NCBI GenBank assembly: GCA_963733035.1
Contig: CAVTBU010000005.1
Coordinates: forward strand, 1,344,001 to 1,408,000
DNA: 64,000 bases
Direction of reading: 5' to 3'
From: Pirellulales bacterium
Lineage (GTDB): Bacteria; Planctomycetota; Planctomycetia; Pirellulales; PALSA-1355
Shown here: one piece after another, positions 24,824 through 34,275 of the stretch
Layout: each line of letters opens with the position of its first letter
Position numbering within the stretch: position 1 is the first letter of the stretch
Made by a program: the position numbers and the translations under genes
Notes under the pieces: generated by a model
What the model was told of the DNA's origin: nothing
Database searches by the model: none
The model's input: the letters and a program-made list of their open reading frames with translations, nothing else

Positions 24824-25048
24824 TTACTCGCGGGGGCGAACGGCGCCGGTCAAGCCGCTGTAGTCCGGACGATCCTCGGGATGCCACAACGGTTCGCCGC
24901 GCAGCACGCGCGCGGCCAGGACATCGAGCTTTTCCTTCGAACCGGCCGGAGCCTCCGTCGGACAAAAATCCTCGTCTTGGCACGGCGCGAAGTCTTCGTC
25001 GTGCCCATACTTCAAAATCGCTTCAAACACGTTCCGCATTTGCCGCAT
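24824..25048 (-). CDS. Small hypothetical protein (74 aa)
   Basis: GGAGGG SD; MRQMRNVFEAILKYGHDEDF...PTEAPAGSKEKLDVLAARVLRGEPLWHPEDR. Confidence 0.8.
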   Translation of the reverse strand: MRQMRNVFEAILKYGHDEDFAPCQDEDFCPTEAPAGSKEKLDVLAARVLRGEPLWHPEDRPDYSGLTGAVRPRE

Positions 25049-25574
25049 CGAATCACACCCTCCAAAACACACAAAAAATTGCCCCGCTCGCTGTTCACAC
25101 ACAGCTACAGTTCAAGACACCACAATTGGAATACAAATCAAACGAGACAACCGATCCGTCAGCCTTTCGGAGAACGATCTGCCGACCCGCAAACCGTCCT
25201 GGCGGGTGAAGGGGCAAGATCAAACCAATCGGACAAAAGGTGGGTTCGTAGGCGATCCGAATTCCAGGCAGGGCAGAAAATACACGATTCACTTAAAACG
25301 ACTTATTGTCTCTGCCAAAATTCAAAAGTCAATACTCGGCCCCCCATTTTGCCCCTTGACGCAGGCCAGGCCGCAACACATCCAAATCTACCGATCAATT
25401 TGAGTCTGCCATGCCTTGCGCGAATGTGCAGTCGAACGCGAATTCCACTTCGACGAGAGTATGTCGCCAGCCCCGCCGGCGACCCCTCCACCTCATCGCT
25501 TGGCCTCAGACTACCATCTGCTACGCTCAATCGAAGCATAAATCTTCGATTCTTACGGGAAAGAAACCGTCCCC

Positions 25575-26003
25575 ATGGCTTGGTACCAGCGACAGCTTGA
25601 ACTCCCAGCTTTCCGCCGAGGTTTTCACCTGATCACCGATCGCGTCGTCTCCGCCGTACCCGAAATCGAACGCATCGACGTCGGCCTGCTGCATGTTTTC
25701 ATCCAGCACACATCGGCCTCGGTCACGATCAACGAAAATGCCGATCCTGACGTGCCGGTCGACCTGGAGTCCGCACTGAATGCGATTGCACCGGAGGACT
25801 TCGACTACACGCACACGATCGAAGGGCCCGACGATATGCCGGCCCACGTAAAGGCGTCCCTGCTCGGCGCAGCGGTCACGATTCCGATTCGCGCCGGTCG
25901 ACTACTGCTCGGCACTTGGCAGGGTATTTACCTCTGCGAACATCGCAATCGTGCCAGCGGACGCAAGCTAGTGCTTACCGTTCAGGGCGAGCCGTACGCG
26001 TAA
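25575..26003 (+). CDS. yjbQ: YjbQ/UPF0047 protein
   Basis: HTSASVTINENADPDV, DDMPAHVKASL, LGTWQGIYLCEHR. Confidence 0.93.
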   Translation: MAWYQRQLELPAFRRGFHLITDRVVSAVPEIERIDVGLLHVFIQHTSASVTINENADPDVPVDLESALNAIAPEDFDYTHTIEGPDDMPAHVKASLLGAAVTIPIRAGRLLLGTWQGIYLCEHRNRASGRKLVLTVQGEPYA

Positions 26004-26015
26004 CTACCGGCGCGA

Positions 26016-27098
26016 TTACCATTCGCCGTAGGCGGCGACACCGCGTCCAGACGCCGCGATCCGGGCCAGGTCATCGAGCCAACATTCCAAGAGCGTCGTT
26101 TGGTGCGCATTTCGATCGATGTGAGTCAACGCTTCGAGCGATCGGTCGATACAGGCGGCCACCACCTCGGAGTCCCACGGCCAGCGCGCGGCGGCATTCT
26201 CAACGATCCGCAATAGCTCCGCGTCTCCCACCGGTGCGACGCCCGCGCATCGGCGCATCAGCTGCCGATAAAACTCCACGGCGAAAGCAATCGCCTGTCG
26301 TGCACGAGCGCACCGCGCCGCGGACTCTTTTCCGGCCGCTTCCACAAACGGTACGAGCACCGTCGCAAGTTCGACGCTGTGCAGTCGCGGTTCGGCCAGT
26401 GCTTCGAGCAACGTTCGGCGAAAGTCCCAGAGGTCGTCATCGGCCAGTGCCACGGCCCGTTCGACGCTCCCCTCGGCAAACGCAGCCATCCGTTCGGCCT
26501 GTGCTCGGTCGGCCGCCAGCCCTTTGTCCAACAAAACGCGGATCAGCGTCTGCTCGTCGAGAGGCCGAAAGCGAATCGTCTGGGCTCGCGAACGGATGGT
26601 TGGCAACTGTCGATCCGCGCTGGTGCCGATGAGGATCAACACGGAGCGCGGCGGAGGCTCTTCCAGCGTCTTAAGCAGACTGTTGGCTCCCTCCTCGTTC
26701 AAGTAGTCGGCATCGTCGATGATCGCCACTTTTCGCCCGCCCATGAACGGCTTGAGTGCGATGTCGTGGCACAGCCCTTCGCGCATCCGGCGATTGTCCT
26801 CGCCGATGAACGCCGCCACGGGAATCGCGCTCTTATCGGGAGGCTTTTCCACGATTTGCAGATCCGGATGCGTTCGCGACGCCACCTGTACGCAAGCATC
26901 GCAACGCCCGCAAGCGACCAGTGTCTGCGCGTCGGCATACGGGCAAAGCAGCGACTGGGCCAGGTGATCGGCAAAAGCCCGCTTGCCAATTCCCGCTGGG
27001 CCGACAAACAGGAACGTGCTGGCCAGGCGTCCTCGCGCGATCGCGCGGCGAAAACGCTCGACCACGTCGTCGTGTCCCTCAATGCCTTGCCAGGTCAT
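26016..27098 (-). CDS. holB: DNA polymerase III subunit delta'
   Basis: FLFVGPAGIGKR, CGRCDAC, THPDL, ANSLLKTLEEPP, LPTIRSR. Confidence 0.93.
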   Translation of the reverse strand: MTWQGIEGHDDVVERFRRAIARGRLASTFLFVGPAGIGKRAFADHLAQSLLCPYADAQTLVACGRCDACVQVASRTHPDLQIVEKPPDKSAIPVAAFIGEDNRRMREGLCHDIALKPFMGGRKVAIIDDADYLNEEGANSLLKTLEEPPPRSVLILIGTSADRQLPTIRSRAQTIRFRPLDEQTLIRVLLDKGLAADRAQAERMAAFAEGSVERAVALADDDLWDFRRTLLEALAEPRLHSVELATVLVPFVEAAGKESAARCARARQAIAFAVEFYRQLMRRCAGVAPVGDAELLRIVENAAARWPWDSEVVAACIDRSLEALTHIDRNAHQTTLLECWLDDLARIAASGRGVAAYGEW

Positions 27099-27312
27099 GT
27101 TGCATCCGCCGGTCACAAGGAATCCGCTCAATCGCGGGGGCATTGTACCGCATCCGACGCCATGCCGCAGTAGGCCGATGCACAAGCACACGCCAACCCG
27201 CAAACCAAAACCGCGCGTGCGTCTCCAAGACGCGTGCGCTTCCAAGAAACGACAACGCCAGAGCTGCCTGGCCGGCGAACTCTGGCGCTGACGAACAACC
27301 TTGGTGTTGGCG

Positions 27313-27780
27313 TTAGCTCGCCTTCACGGGAATTCGCTTGGCGAGCGCTTCCTGGGCCTTCTGCAGTTTGATGTGCAAGACCCCGTCCTTATACTTGGCG
27401 TCAACGTTGTCTGGGTCGACGGCCGACGGCAGCGTCACCTCGCGGCGGAAGCTGCCGAAGCGGCGCTCCTGGTAGAGATAACCCTTCTCCTTGCGCTCTT
27501 CGCTCTCTTTCTTTTCGCCGGAAATTACCAGCGCGTTGCCGTTGATCGACAGGTCGAGTTCCTCGGGCTTCACGCCGGGGATTTCAGCCCGCACGTGGAT
27601 TTCCTTGTCGGTTTCCTCAACGTCGAGCGGCGGTCCCCAACTCGACAGTCCCCACGCACTGGCCGGCGGCGCGAAGGACTCACCGAAAAACGACTGGAAC
27701 AGCTGGTCCATCTCGTTGCGAAAACTGGCCGCCGGCACGCCGGATTGCTGTTGCTTGTGTCTCCAGGGTATCAGGCTCAT
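27313..27780 (-). CDS. Hsp20/alpha-crystallin small heat-shock protein
   Basis: PLDVEETDKE, ERRFGSFRREVTLP, AKYKDGVLHIKL. Confidence 0.95.
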   Translation of the reverse strand: MSLIPWRHKQQQSGVPAASFRNEMDQLFQSFFGESFAPPASAWGLSSWGPPLDVEETDKEIHVRAEIPGVKPEELDLSINGNALVISGEKKESEERKEKGYLYQERRFGSFRREVTLPSAVDPDNVDAKYKDGVLHIKLQKAQEALAKRIPVKAS

Positions 27781-27846
27781 ATTGTCACGCTCCTTTCTGA
27801 TACGTTTCGATTGAGAGCTTGGCAAAACTCTGGACGCAAGCAGCGG

Positions 27847-28239
27847 CTAGCTGCCGGCCTTAACCGCGATCTTGCGCGGCTTGGCGGCTTCGACCTTCGG
27901 CAGGTGCACGGTCAGCACGCCGCCGGCACACTCGGCCTGAACACCACTCACGTTGATCTGTTCGCTAACGCGAAAGGTGCGATAGAAATCGCCGATCCCG
28001 TACTCGTGCAGCAGAAAGCGCGTCCCGTCGGCGTATCGTGATGCGATTTTGCCCTGAATCGTGAGCACGCCTTCCTCGAAGTCGATGTCAATGTCCTCGC
28101 TTTTCACGCCAGGCACGTCGGCAATTAACGTCAACTCGCTTGCGGTCTCAAGAATGTCCACGTTTGGCCGATAAACCTGTCCGCTGCGAGTGCGTTCGGC
28201 GGCCTCGGCTTCGTTCTTCACGGAAGTTTCAGTTGTCAT
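27847..28239 (-). CDS. Hsp20/alpha-crystallin small heat-shock protein
   Basis: PNVDILET, ADVPGV, GVLTVHLPKVEAAKPRKI. Confidence 0.93.
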   Translation of the reverse strand: MTTETSVKNEAEAAERTRSGQVYRPNVDILETASELTLIADVPGVKSEDIDIDFEEGVLTIQGKIASRYADGTRFLLHEYGIGDFYRTFRVSEQINVSGVQAECAGGVLTVHLPKVEAAKPRKIAVKAGS

Positions 28240-28312
28240 CGGAAGGAACTCCTCTGTTGCTGGCGCCAGGCGCCAGATGTTGATTGGATTCGAAAGAGCT
28301 GCGCCCGGTCGC

Positions 28313-28774
28313 TTATTGGCCGGACGACACCTTGATCTTCTTGGGCTTGGCACTTTCGGCCTTGGGCAGTTTGATCCGCAGCACGCCGTCTGTCAGCGAG
28401 GCCTCAACCTTGCTGGCATCGACTTCGACGGGCAATCGCAAAACACGATTGAACTGCCCCGTCCCGCGTTCCTGGCGATGATAGGCCACGCCTGATTGCT
28501 GGGGTTCGCCGCGACGGCCGCGAATTGTCAAGTCTCCAGCCATGACCGAAATATCGAGGTCCTCGCTGTTGACGCCGGGCAACTCCGCCTCGGCATAGAG
28601 CGCATCCCCGTCGTCCCAAATGTTGAGCGGCGGAAAACCCCCAGCTGGGCGATCGGCAACCCAGCGCGCCGCTGGACCGTCGCCTGGCGGCGTGAAAAAA
28701 TCATGGACCAGCCGGTCCATTTCGTCGCGCAGTTGGGCCACCGGCAGCAGTGTATTGACTCGTCGAAAAACCAT
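28313..28774 (-). CDS. Hsp20/alpha-crystallin small heat-shock protein
   Basis: GAGGAGG SD; FPPLNIWDD, AELPGV, GVLRIKLPKAESAKPKKI. Confidence 0.93.
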   Translation of the reverse strand: MVFRRVNTLLPVAQLRDEMDRLVHDFFTPPGDGPAARWVADRPAGGFPPLNIWDDGDALYAEAELPGVNSEDLDISVMAGDLTIRGRRGEPQQSGVAYHRQERGTGQFNRVLRLPVEVDASKVEASLTDGVLRIKLPKAESAKPKKIKVSSGQ

Positions 28775-28911
28775 GGAATTTACCTCCTCGAATAGTGCAT
28801 TCGATTGGCAGCAGGAAGCGGACTCTTCGTCCTGCCGGGGACGGCGCTCCGTACCCGGACGGGACGGTTCTTGGTGAAATGGGCGACGCCGAAGCATCCG
28901 CGGCTACTTAC

Positions 28912-28928
28912 CGCAAAGCTGGTGCCAA
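28912..28928 (-). promoter_or_regulatory. Sigma54 -24/-12 promoter of hsp20 operon
   Basis: Minus strand TTGGCAC-CAGCT-TTGC matches TGGCAC-N5-TTGC. Confidence 0.75.
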
Positions 28929-28991
28929 TTGCTGCGGCCGGCTTCAAATACAGATAGGCCAGCGGTTTGTGACAGACTTCACGATGCGCGG

Positions 28992-29023
28992 CAAAAAAGG
29001 CGGCCTGTCAAAATGACAGGCCG
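28992..29023 (-). terminator. Perfect palindrome, terminator and/or activator site
   Basis: CGGCCTGTCA-aaa-TGACAGGCCG followed on minus strand by CCTTTTTT. Confidence 0.6.
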
Positions 29024-29051
29024 CGAAGTCGATTATTGGCCGCCACCGCAG

Positions 29052-30974
29052 CTAGACTGACAATTCGTCCAGCAGTTCGTTTAATAGTTCGCCGTCGCCC
29101 ACGAGACCCGAAGCCGTCGGGGGTGCCAGCCGACTGCCTGGTGCCGAATCTAGCATTAGTGCCGCAAAGTACTGCTCGCGCGGTTGTAGACCCTTCGCGA
29201 TCGGTCCTTGCCCGGCCTCAGGTCGTGGTAGTGCGGAATCCGCCCAGGGCTTTACTCCCGGCAAAGCAGCCAGTGCCGAGGCAACCGCGGCGCGACTGCC
29301 GTCGTCCGCTGCGGTCGGAGCGGCGTCGGGCGCCGACGAAGATCCCCAATCAAGGACGCGCGTCAGGTAGCCGCCGTTGGTACGAGCGATGATTTGATCG
29401 CTCGCGTTGACCTGTCCATCTTTGTTGAAGTCGTAGGTGTTCGTAAGTGGCAGCGAGAAACCAGGATTGAGACGGGCCGCAATTTCGTCGCCCGCGTTGG
29501 TGGTGACCAGCGTCGGGGGTGAACCTTCGAAGTTGTCACCGATGCGATTGCCGTAGAAGAACACTTCACTCGTTGCGAGTCCCGTGTTGGTGTTAAAACC
29601 GCCGATCGCATCGTTCCCCTCGACGACGACCTGCAACCAACTGTTGGCGATGCTGCCGTCGGGCCAGGTGATTTCCACTCGATCCGATCCGCTGACCCCG
29701 GCGCCCGTGCGCACGGAAAATCCGCTGGGGGAGGCGGCTGGTACCCACGTGTTCACCGAGCCGTTCGTGCCGACGTTGAAGGTGAAGTCCGAGAGCGATA
29801 GCGTCGCGGGGGCGTTAACAATGTCGACCATCAATCCATTGATGCCCTTCGAGTAGCTGGAAAACGCCGACACGGGAGCCGTGCCGATTCCGTTGAAGGC
29901 AGCCTTATCCTGGGCAACCGCGCCGTCGTCCGACGCATCGATTCCGGTTCCGTTCCCATCGAAGCCAGAGTTATTGTAGAACAACCGTTCCGAAACCACC
30001 TGCGGCGCCAGGTCGGGCACAAAGCCGATTCCCGTTGGCGTGCCGATATTCGAAACCAATGTTTGGATGAAGGCGCCAGTGCCGGCATCGTACTGCTGAA
30101 TGGCGCCGTTCAAATTGTGGTCCGGAGACAATCCGACCAACAGGTTGCCACTCTCGTCGTACACCAGGCTGCTGGGTTGCGGCGGATAACCGGCCGACGA
30201 ACCCGTGCCTACCGGCGTGGTGAGATTGATGAACTGGCTGGTGCTGTCGGTGCCGACGTCGTACAGGACCACCTGATGGTGAGCGAGCGGGTCGCTGCCG
30301 AGCGTGATATCGCCGACCAGCACGTCGCCATCGGGGCGCACCAACACCGCGGCCGGGTTGATGCCGCTGAACTGTTCAATCCAGACCGTCTCGTTGCCGC
30401 CCGTGTCGTAGTGATTCAAGCCTTGATAATACAGGTCGCCCACCACCAGGCTGCCGTCCGTTTCAAAATCGAATCCCCCCGGGACGTAGCCCAGCGATAA
30501 CGTATCACTTTGTAGATACTGCTGCGTGGCCGAAGTGGTATCAAATTGAAAAATCGCGGCCGCGCCCAGGTCCGCGACATACAAGTGGCCGTTGGGTCCA
30601 AACCGCAAGGCCCCCGGCGCTTGCAGCGGCGCCGCATTCGCGTCTCCCGCGCCCAGTGCTCCCAGCAGGTTGCCCGCGGTGTCGTAGTGAAACACTTGTC
30701 CGGAAATCAAACTGCTCACATAAAACGACCCGTCGTCGGCCACGGCCATCCCTTGCACCATCCCCACCGTCGCGCTCGTCGAGACGCCGCCGGCAACGGG
30801 CTGGAATTGATCGTCGTAGCGCAGCACGCTGAGACCGCCGGTGTCATCGAACACACTGACCAGCATGTCACTGGTCAGCATCGTGCGGGTCTCGAGCAGC
30901 TCCAGGCGCGGGCTGTCGCCAACGCCGCCTGTCAACGAGGAATTCTGGCCAAACTTCGTGGTGCGTTTTTTCAT
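29052..30974 (-). CDS. Planctomycete extracellular protein: LExRxLL-type N-terminus, beta-propeller repeats, dockerin-like C-terminus
   Basis: LELLETRTMLT; PGALRFGPNGHLYVAD-type repeats; YDFNKDGQVNASD Ca-binding loop. Confidence 0.85.
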   Translation of the reverse strand: MKKRTTKFGQNSSLTGGVGDSPRLELLETRTMLTSDMLVSVFDDTGGLSVLRYDDQFQPVAGGVSTSATVGMVQGMAVADDGSFYVSSLISGQVFHYDTAGNLLGALGAGDANAAPLQAPGALRFGPNGHLYVADLGAAAIFQFDTTSATQQYLQSDTLSLGYVPGGFDFETDGSLVVGDLYYQGLNHYDTGGNETVWIEQFSGINPAAVLVRPDGDVLVGDITLGSDPLAHHQVVLYDVGTDSTSQFINLTTPVGTGSSAGYPPQPSSLVYDESGNLLVGLSPDHNLNGAIQQYDAGTGAFIQTLVSNIGTPTGIGFVPDLAPQVVSERLFYNNSGFDGNGTGIDASDDGAVAQDKAAFNGIGTAPVSAFSSYSKGINGLMVDIVNAPATLSLSDFTFNVGTNGSVNTWVPAASPSGFSVRTGAGVSGSDRVEITWPDGSIANSWLQVVVEGNDAIGGFNTNTGLATSEVFFYGNRIGDNFEGSPPTLVTTNAGDEIAARLNPGFSLPLTNTYDFNKDGQVNASDQIIARTNGGYLTRVLDWGSSSAPDAAPTAADDGSRAAVASALAALPGVKPWADSALPRPEAGQGPIAKGLQPREQYFAALMLDSAPGSRLAPPTASGLVGDGELLNELLDELSV

Positions 30975-31057
30975 GGAAGTCTCGTTCAGTTGGAAGGTGT
31001 GGCTCGCGGCCCTCAGAATTCCTGCCGACAGGAATGAATGTCCCTCGCCGAATTTTC

Positions 31058-31115
31058 TTGCACGGCGGCGAGAAAAAGCATATCCTCTAACATTCTTACG
31101 ATCGTAATAGTGTTA
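31058..31115 (+). promoter_or_regulatory. Sigma70-like promoter plus 28-bp palindromic operator
   Basis: TTGCAC-N17-TATCCT, then TAACAtTcTTACGATCGTAAtAgTGTTA (24/28 self-complementary). Confidence 0.65.
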
Positions 31116-31217
31116 ATCCCTGGCGACGGGCGATGCAAGGTGCCCGATGGAATATTTTTTCCACCCCGCCGCTCCTAAACCGCAATCGCCACTCAAGCGG
31201 CCCTATTGACCCGCGCG

Positions 31218-32250
31218 ATGGACCCCGCCATGCCCACTTCACGAAGTTGGAAGGCCACAATCGCGGGTTTCACAATGGTGGAACTGTTGGTCGTGATCGC
31301 GATCGTCGGCATTCTGGTGGGTCTGTTATTGCCGGCTATCCAAGCCGCCCGAGAAAGCGCGCGACGCACGGCGTGCGTGAATCATCTCAAGCAAATTGGC
31401 ATTGCCGCTCAGAATTTTCACGACGTCAATCGGGCGTTCCCGCCGGGAGCGGAATCGAAGCCGTATCCAAACGCTCCGTCGACGGCCTGGACCTTTTATC
31501 GCTGGTCGTCACTGGCGCATTTGGCTCCCTACTTGGAAGAGGGGAATGCCGTCAACCTGCTCGACTTGTCGGTGCCGCTGTATGGCACGACCTTTGGTGT
31601 CACTCCGCAGAATGTCGCCGGCGTGGCGCTGGTCGTCCCGTTGTTTCTCTGTCCGAGCGACCTGGCACAGGTCGTCTCGCCCGGTTTCGGACCGACGAAC
31701 TACGTCGCCTGCTCTGGCGCGGCGCGGATGGCGGAACGCCCTTCGACACCGACGGTGTCTTCTTCGTCAACTCGCGCGTCCGTTTGGCGCAGATTACCGA
31801 CGGCTCGAGTCACACGGCGCTGATGTCAGAAAGTCTGCTGGGAAACCCCAAGGGAACCCCGCTGGCGCGCGACCCGCAACTCGACTACAAGTACATCCTT
31901 GCGGCACCTTTGAATGAGAACTCCTGTAACATCTCTCCGCAATGGAACGTCTCGGACCCGCGCGGCTTTGCCTGGGTCAGTGGCGAATATCGTTGCGCTT
32001 CGTACAACCACTATTACGCGCCGAACTCCACGCTGCCGGATTGCCTGGGCACGCGATTGGGCGGCGGTCTGCAGTACAACTTTTCAGCCTACGGTTGCGC
32101 GCGGCCCGCAGTCGGCATCCTGGCGGCGTTAACCTGCTGCTGGCCGACGGCTCGGTCCGTTTCATCAACGAGGCGATTGACGTGCGACCCTGGCTGAGCC
32201 TTTCCACGCGAGAAGGGGACGAGCTACCCGCGTCGACGGAAAATCCTTAA
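31218..32250 (+). CDS. DUF1559 prepilin-like protein; frameshifts near 31720 and 32097
   Basis: [64 protein letters not shown] (H-X9-DG). Confidence 0.88.
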
Positions 32251-32277
32251 CCACGAGCACCCTCATCACGGTAAACC

Positions 32278-33063
32278 ATGACCACCGAAACGAAACGTGC
32301 CTTCGTATCTGGCGAGCAGATTACGCGATATCACACCGACGGTTACCTGATCCTGCGCGATGTGTTTCCGCCCGACGAAGTGGCGGCGCTGGCATCCGAG
32401 GCCGAAACACTCATCGGCCGGACCGAGCTTATCGACTCGGCCAACATTCGCTGTCGCTGGTCCGACCACGTCCGTACCGGCGAATGCCTGTTCGATTGTT
32501 TCGATCCGGTGATCGACATCGGCCCGGTTTGTCGCCATGTCGCCAGCGACCCGCGCATCGTGGATCCACTTAGTGCTCTCTACCGCGAGCCGGCGGTGCT
32601 CTTCAAGGATAAGTTGATTTTTAAGCGCCCGGGAGTGAAGGGGTACAATCTGCACCAGGACTATATCAGTTGGCCGGAGTTTCCTCGGAGCTTCGTCACG
32701 GTGATTCTGGCCATCGACCGAACCGACACCGAAAATGGCGGCACGGAAATCTTTCCCGGCTATCACACCCAAGGGTATCTCTCGCCTCCAGATGGCGACT
32801 ACCACGAGTTGCCTCTGGATACGATTGACGAGTCGCGAGGGATCGTGCTCGATTTGGACCCGGGCGACCTGGCGATCTTCAGCGGCTTCACTCCGCACCG
32901 CTCCGCCCCAAACACAAGCAATCGCTGGCGCCGGCAATTGTATTTAAGTTACAATCGCCAGAGCGACGGCGGCCATCAGCGTGAAGCCCATTACCGCCAG
33001 TTTCACGACTGGCTCAAAATGAAATACGCTCAGTACGGGCGCGGCGAGGTTTACTTCCAATAG
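32278..33063 (+). CDS. Phytanoyl-CoA dioxygenase family Fe(II)/2OG dioxygenase
   Basis: KDKLIFK, LHQDY, NGGTEIFPGYH, PHRSAPN, RRQLYLSYN. Confidence 0.92.
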   Translation: MTTETKRAFVSGEQITRYHTDGYLILRDVFPPDEVAALASEAETLIGRTELIDSANIRCRWSDHVRTGECLFDCFDPVIDIGPVCRHVASDPRIVDPLSALYREPAVLFKDKLIFKRPGVKGYNLHQDYISWPEFPRSFVTVILAIDRTDTENGGTEIFPGYHTQGYLSPPDGDYHELPLDTIDESRGIVLDLDPGDLAIFSGFTPHRSAPNTSNRWRRQLYLSYNRQSDGGHQREAHYRQFHDWLKMKYAQYGRGEVYFQ

Positions 33064-33143
33064 CAGTCGGCCCCCAAAACGATCATTCACCAACGGCCCG
33101 GGAACCGCTCTTTTCCGGAAACTCCTCGCGGGAGCACTGAATC

Positions 33144-34199
33144 ATGTCATCGCCCCTTCCAGTCATCGCCTCCGCAACCGACAACGGCCAGGTATTGTTT
33201 CACCTCTCGTTAAACGTCGACGATCTGACGCGCAGCGTCGACTTCTTCCGTTTGCTCTTCGATCAGCCCCCTTCGAAGCATCAGCGAGACTATGCAAAAT
33301 TCGAATTGTCCGATCCGCCGCTGGTGCTCTCGCTCGAACCGACGCGAACGCCGCGCGGCGGCAAGCTGAATCACCTAGGGTTTCGGCTGGCCAACTCCGC
33401 CGTGCTCGTCGCAATGCAAAAACGCCTTGAGCTAGGCGGCATCTCCACTTCGCGCGAGGAAGGCGTCGAGTGCTGCTACGCCCGCCAAACCAAATTCTGG
33501 GTTACCGATCCCGACGGCAATCTGTGGGAAATGTATACGTTCGAAGCCGACCTCGAGCATCGCGGAATGGGCCAGGTCCCGCGCAAATCGAACGAGTCGG
33601 TCGCGGCCTCCGATCGCTCGGCGCCGGCCCCCGCCATCTGGGCTCATCGACTCGGCGAGCCCTTCCCGGTGCGAATTTTGGCGGATTCCGACGGCGTTGA
33701 CGAAGTCTTGCTGCAAGGAACCTTCAACGCCCGCCTAACGAGCGAGCAGCGTCGCGGGCAACTGGTCGAGGTTCTGAGAATCCTGAAGCCTGCCGGCCGT
33801 GTGATGCTGCACCAGCTAACCGCGGAGCGGTCGGTCGCGACCATCCGTACTCCCCTTCCCGGCCCCGCGGTGGCCGTCGAAGCGGTTCCCACCGCCGAGG
33901 AAATCGCCGACGATCTGGCCGCGGCCGGTTTCATCCAAGTCGAATTCGAAAAGCTCGGCGACAACCCTTGTTTCAACGCCGACGGCGTCGCGTGTCGCGA
34001 AACAAAACTCATCGGCCACAAGCGGGCTCCAAGCTCGACCGGTCCTGCGCGACATGTCCTTTACAAAGGCCCATACCGACAACTCGAAGACGACCTGGGG
34101 AACCACTTCCGCCGTGGTGTCTGGACCGAGGTCGATGCCGCCACCTGGCAGTCGCTCGCCGCTTCGTCGTTGGCAGATCAATTCGCGATGCCCCGATAG
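33144..34199 (+). CDS. ArsI/CadI-family VOC metalloenzyme fused to truncated methyltransferase-like domain
   Basis: FHLSLNV, LNHLGFR, VECCYARQTKFWVTDPDGNLWE; C-terminal VLRILKPAGRV, AAGF, YKGPYRQLEDDLGNHFRRG. Confidence 0.85.
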   Translation: MSSPLPVIASATDNGQVLFHLSLNVDDLTRSVDFFRLLFDQPPSKHQRDYAKFELSDPPLVLSLEPTRTPRGGKLNHLGFRLANSAVLVAMQKRLELGGISTSREEGVECCYARQTKFWVTDPDGNLWEMYTFEADLEHRGMGQVPRKSNESVAASDRSAPAPAIWAHRLGEPFPVRILADSDGVDEVLLQGTFNARLTSEQRRGQLVEVLRILKPAGRVMLHQLTAERSVATIRTPLPGPAVAVEAVPTAEEIADDLAAAGFIQVEFEKLGDNPCFNADGVACRETKLIGHKRAPSSTGPARHVLYKGPYRQLEDDLGNHFRRGVWTEVDAATWQSLAASSLADQFAMPR

Positions 34200-34228
34200 G
34201 TCACGACCAGCGGCCAGGAGAATCGCAC

Positions 34229-34275
34229 TTGACCCAATCGATGCGCGCCACTATATTTGCTTACACGAATATGAA
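34229..34275 (+). promoter_or_regulatory. arsR promoter and probable ArsR operator
   Basis: TTGACC-N17-TATATT; imperfect palindrome ATATTTG-CTTACA-CGAATAT overlapping -10 and start codon. Confidence 0.7.
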
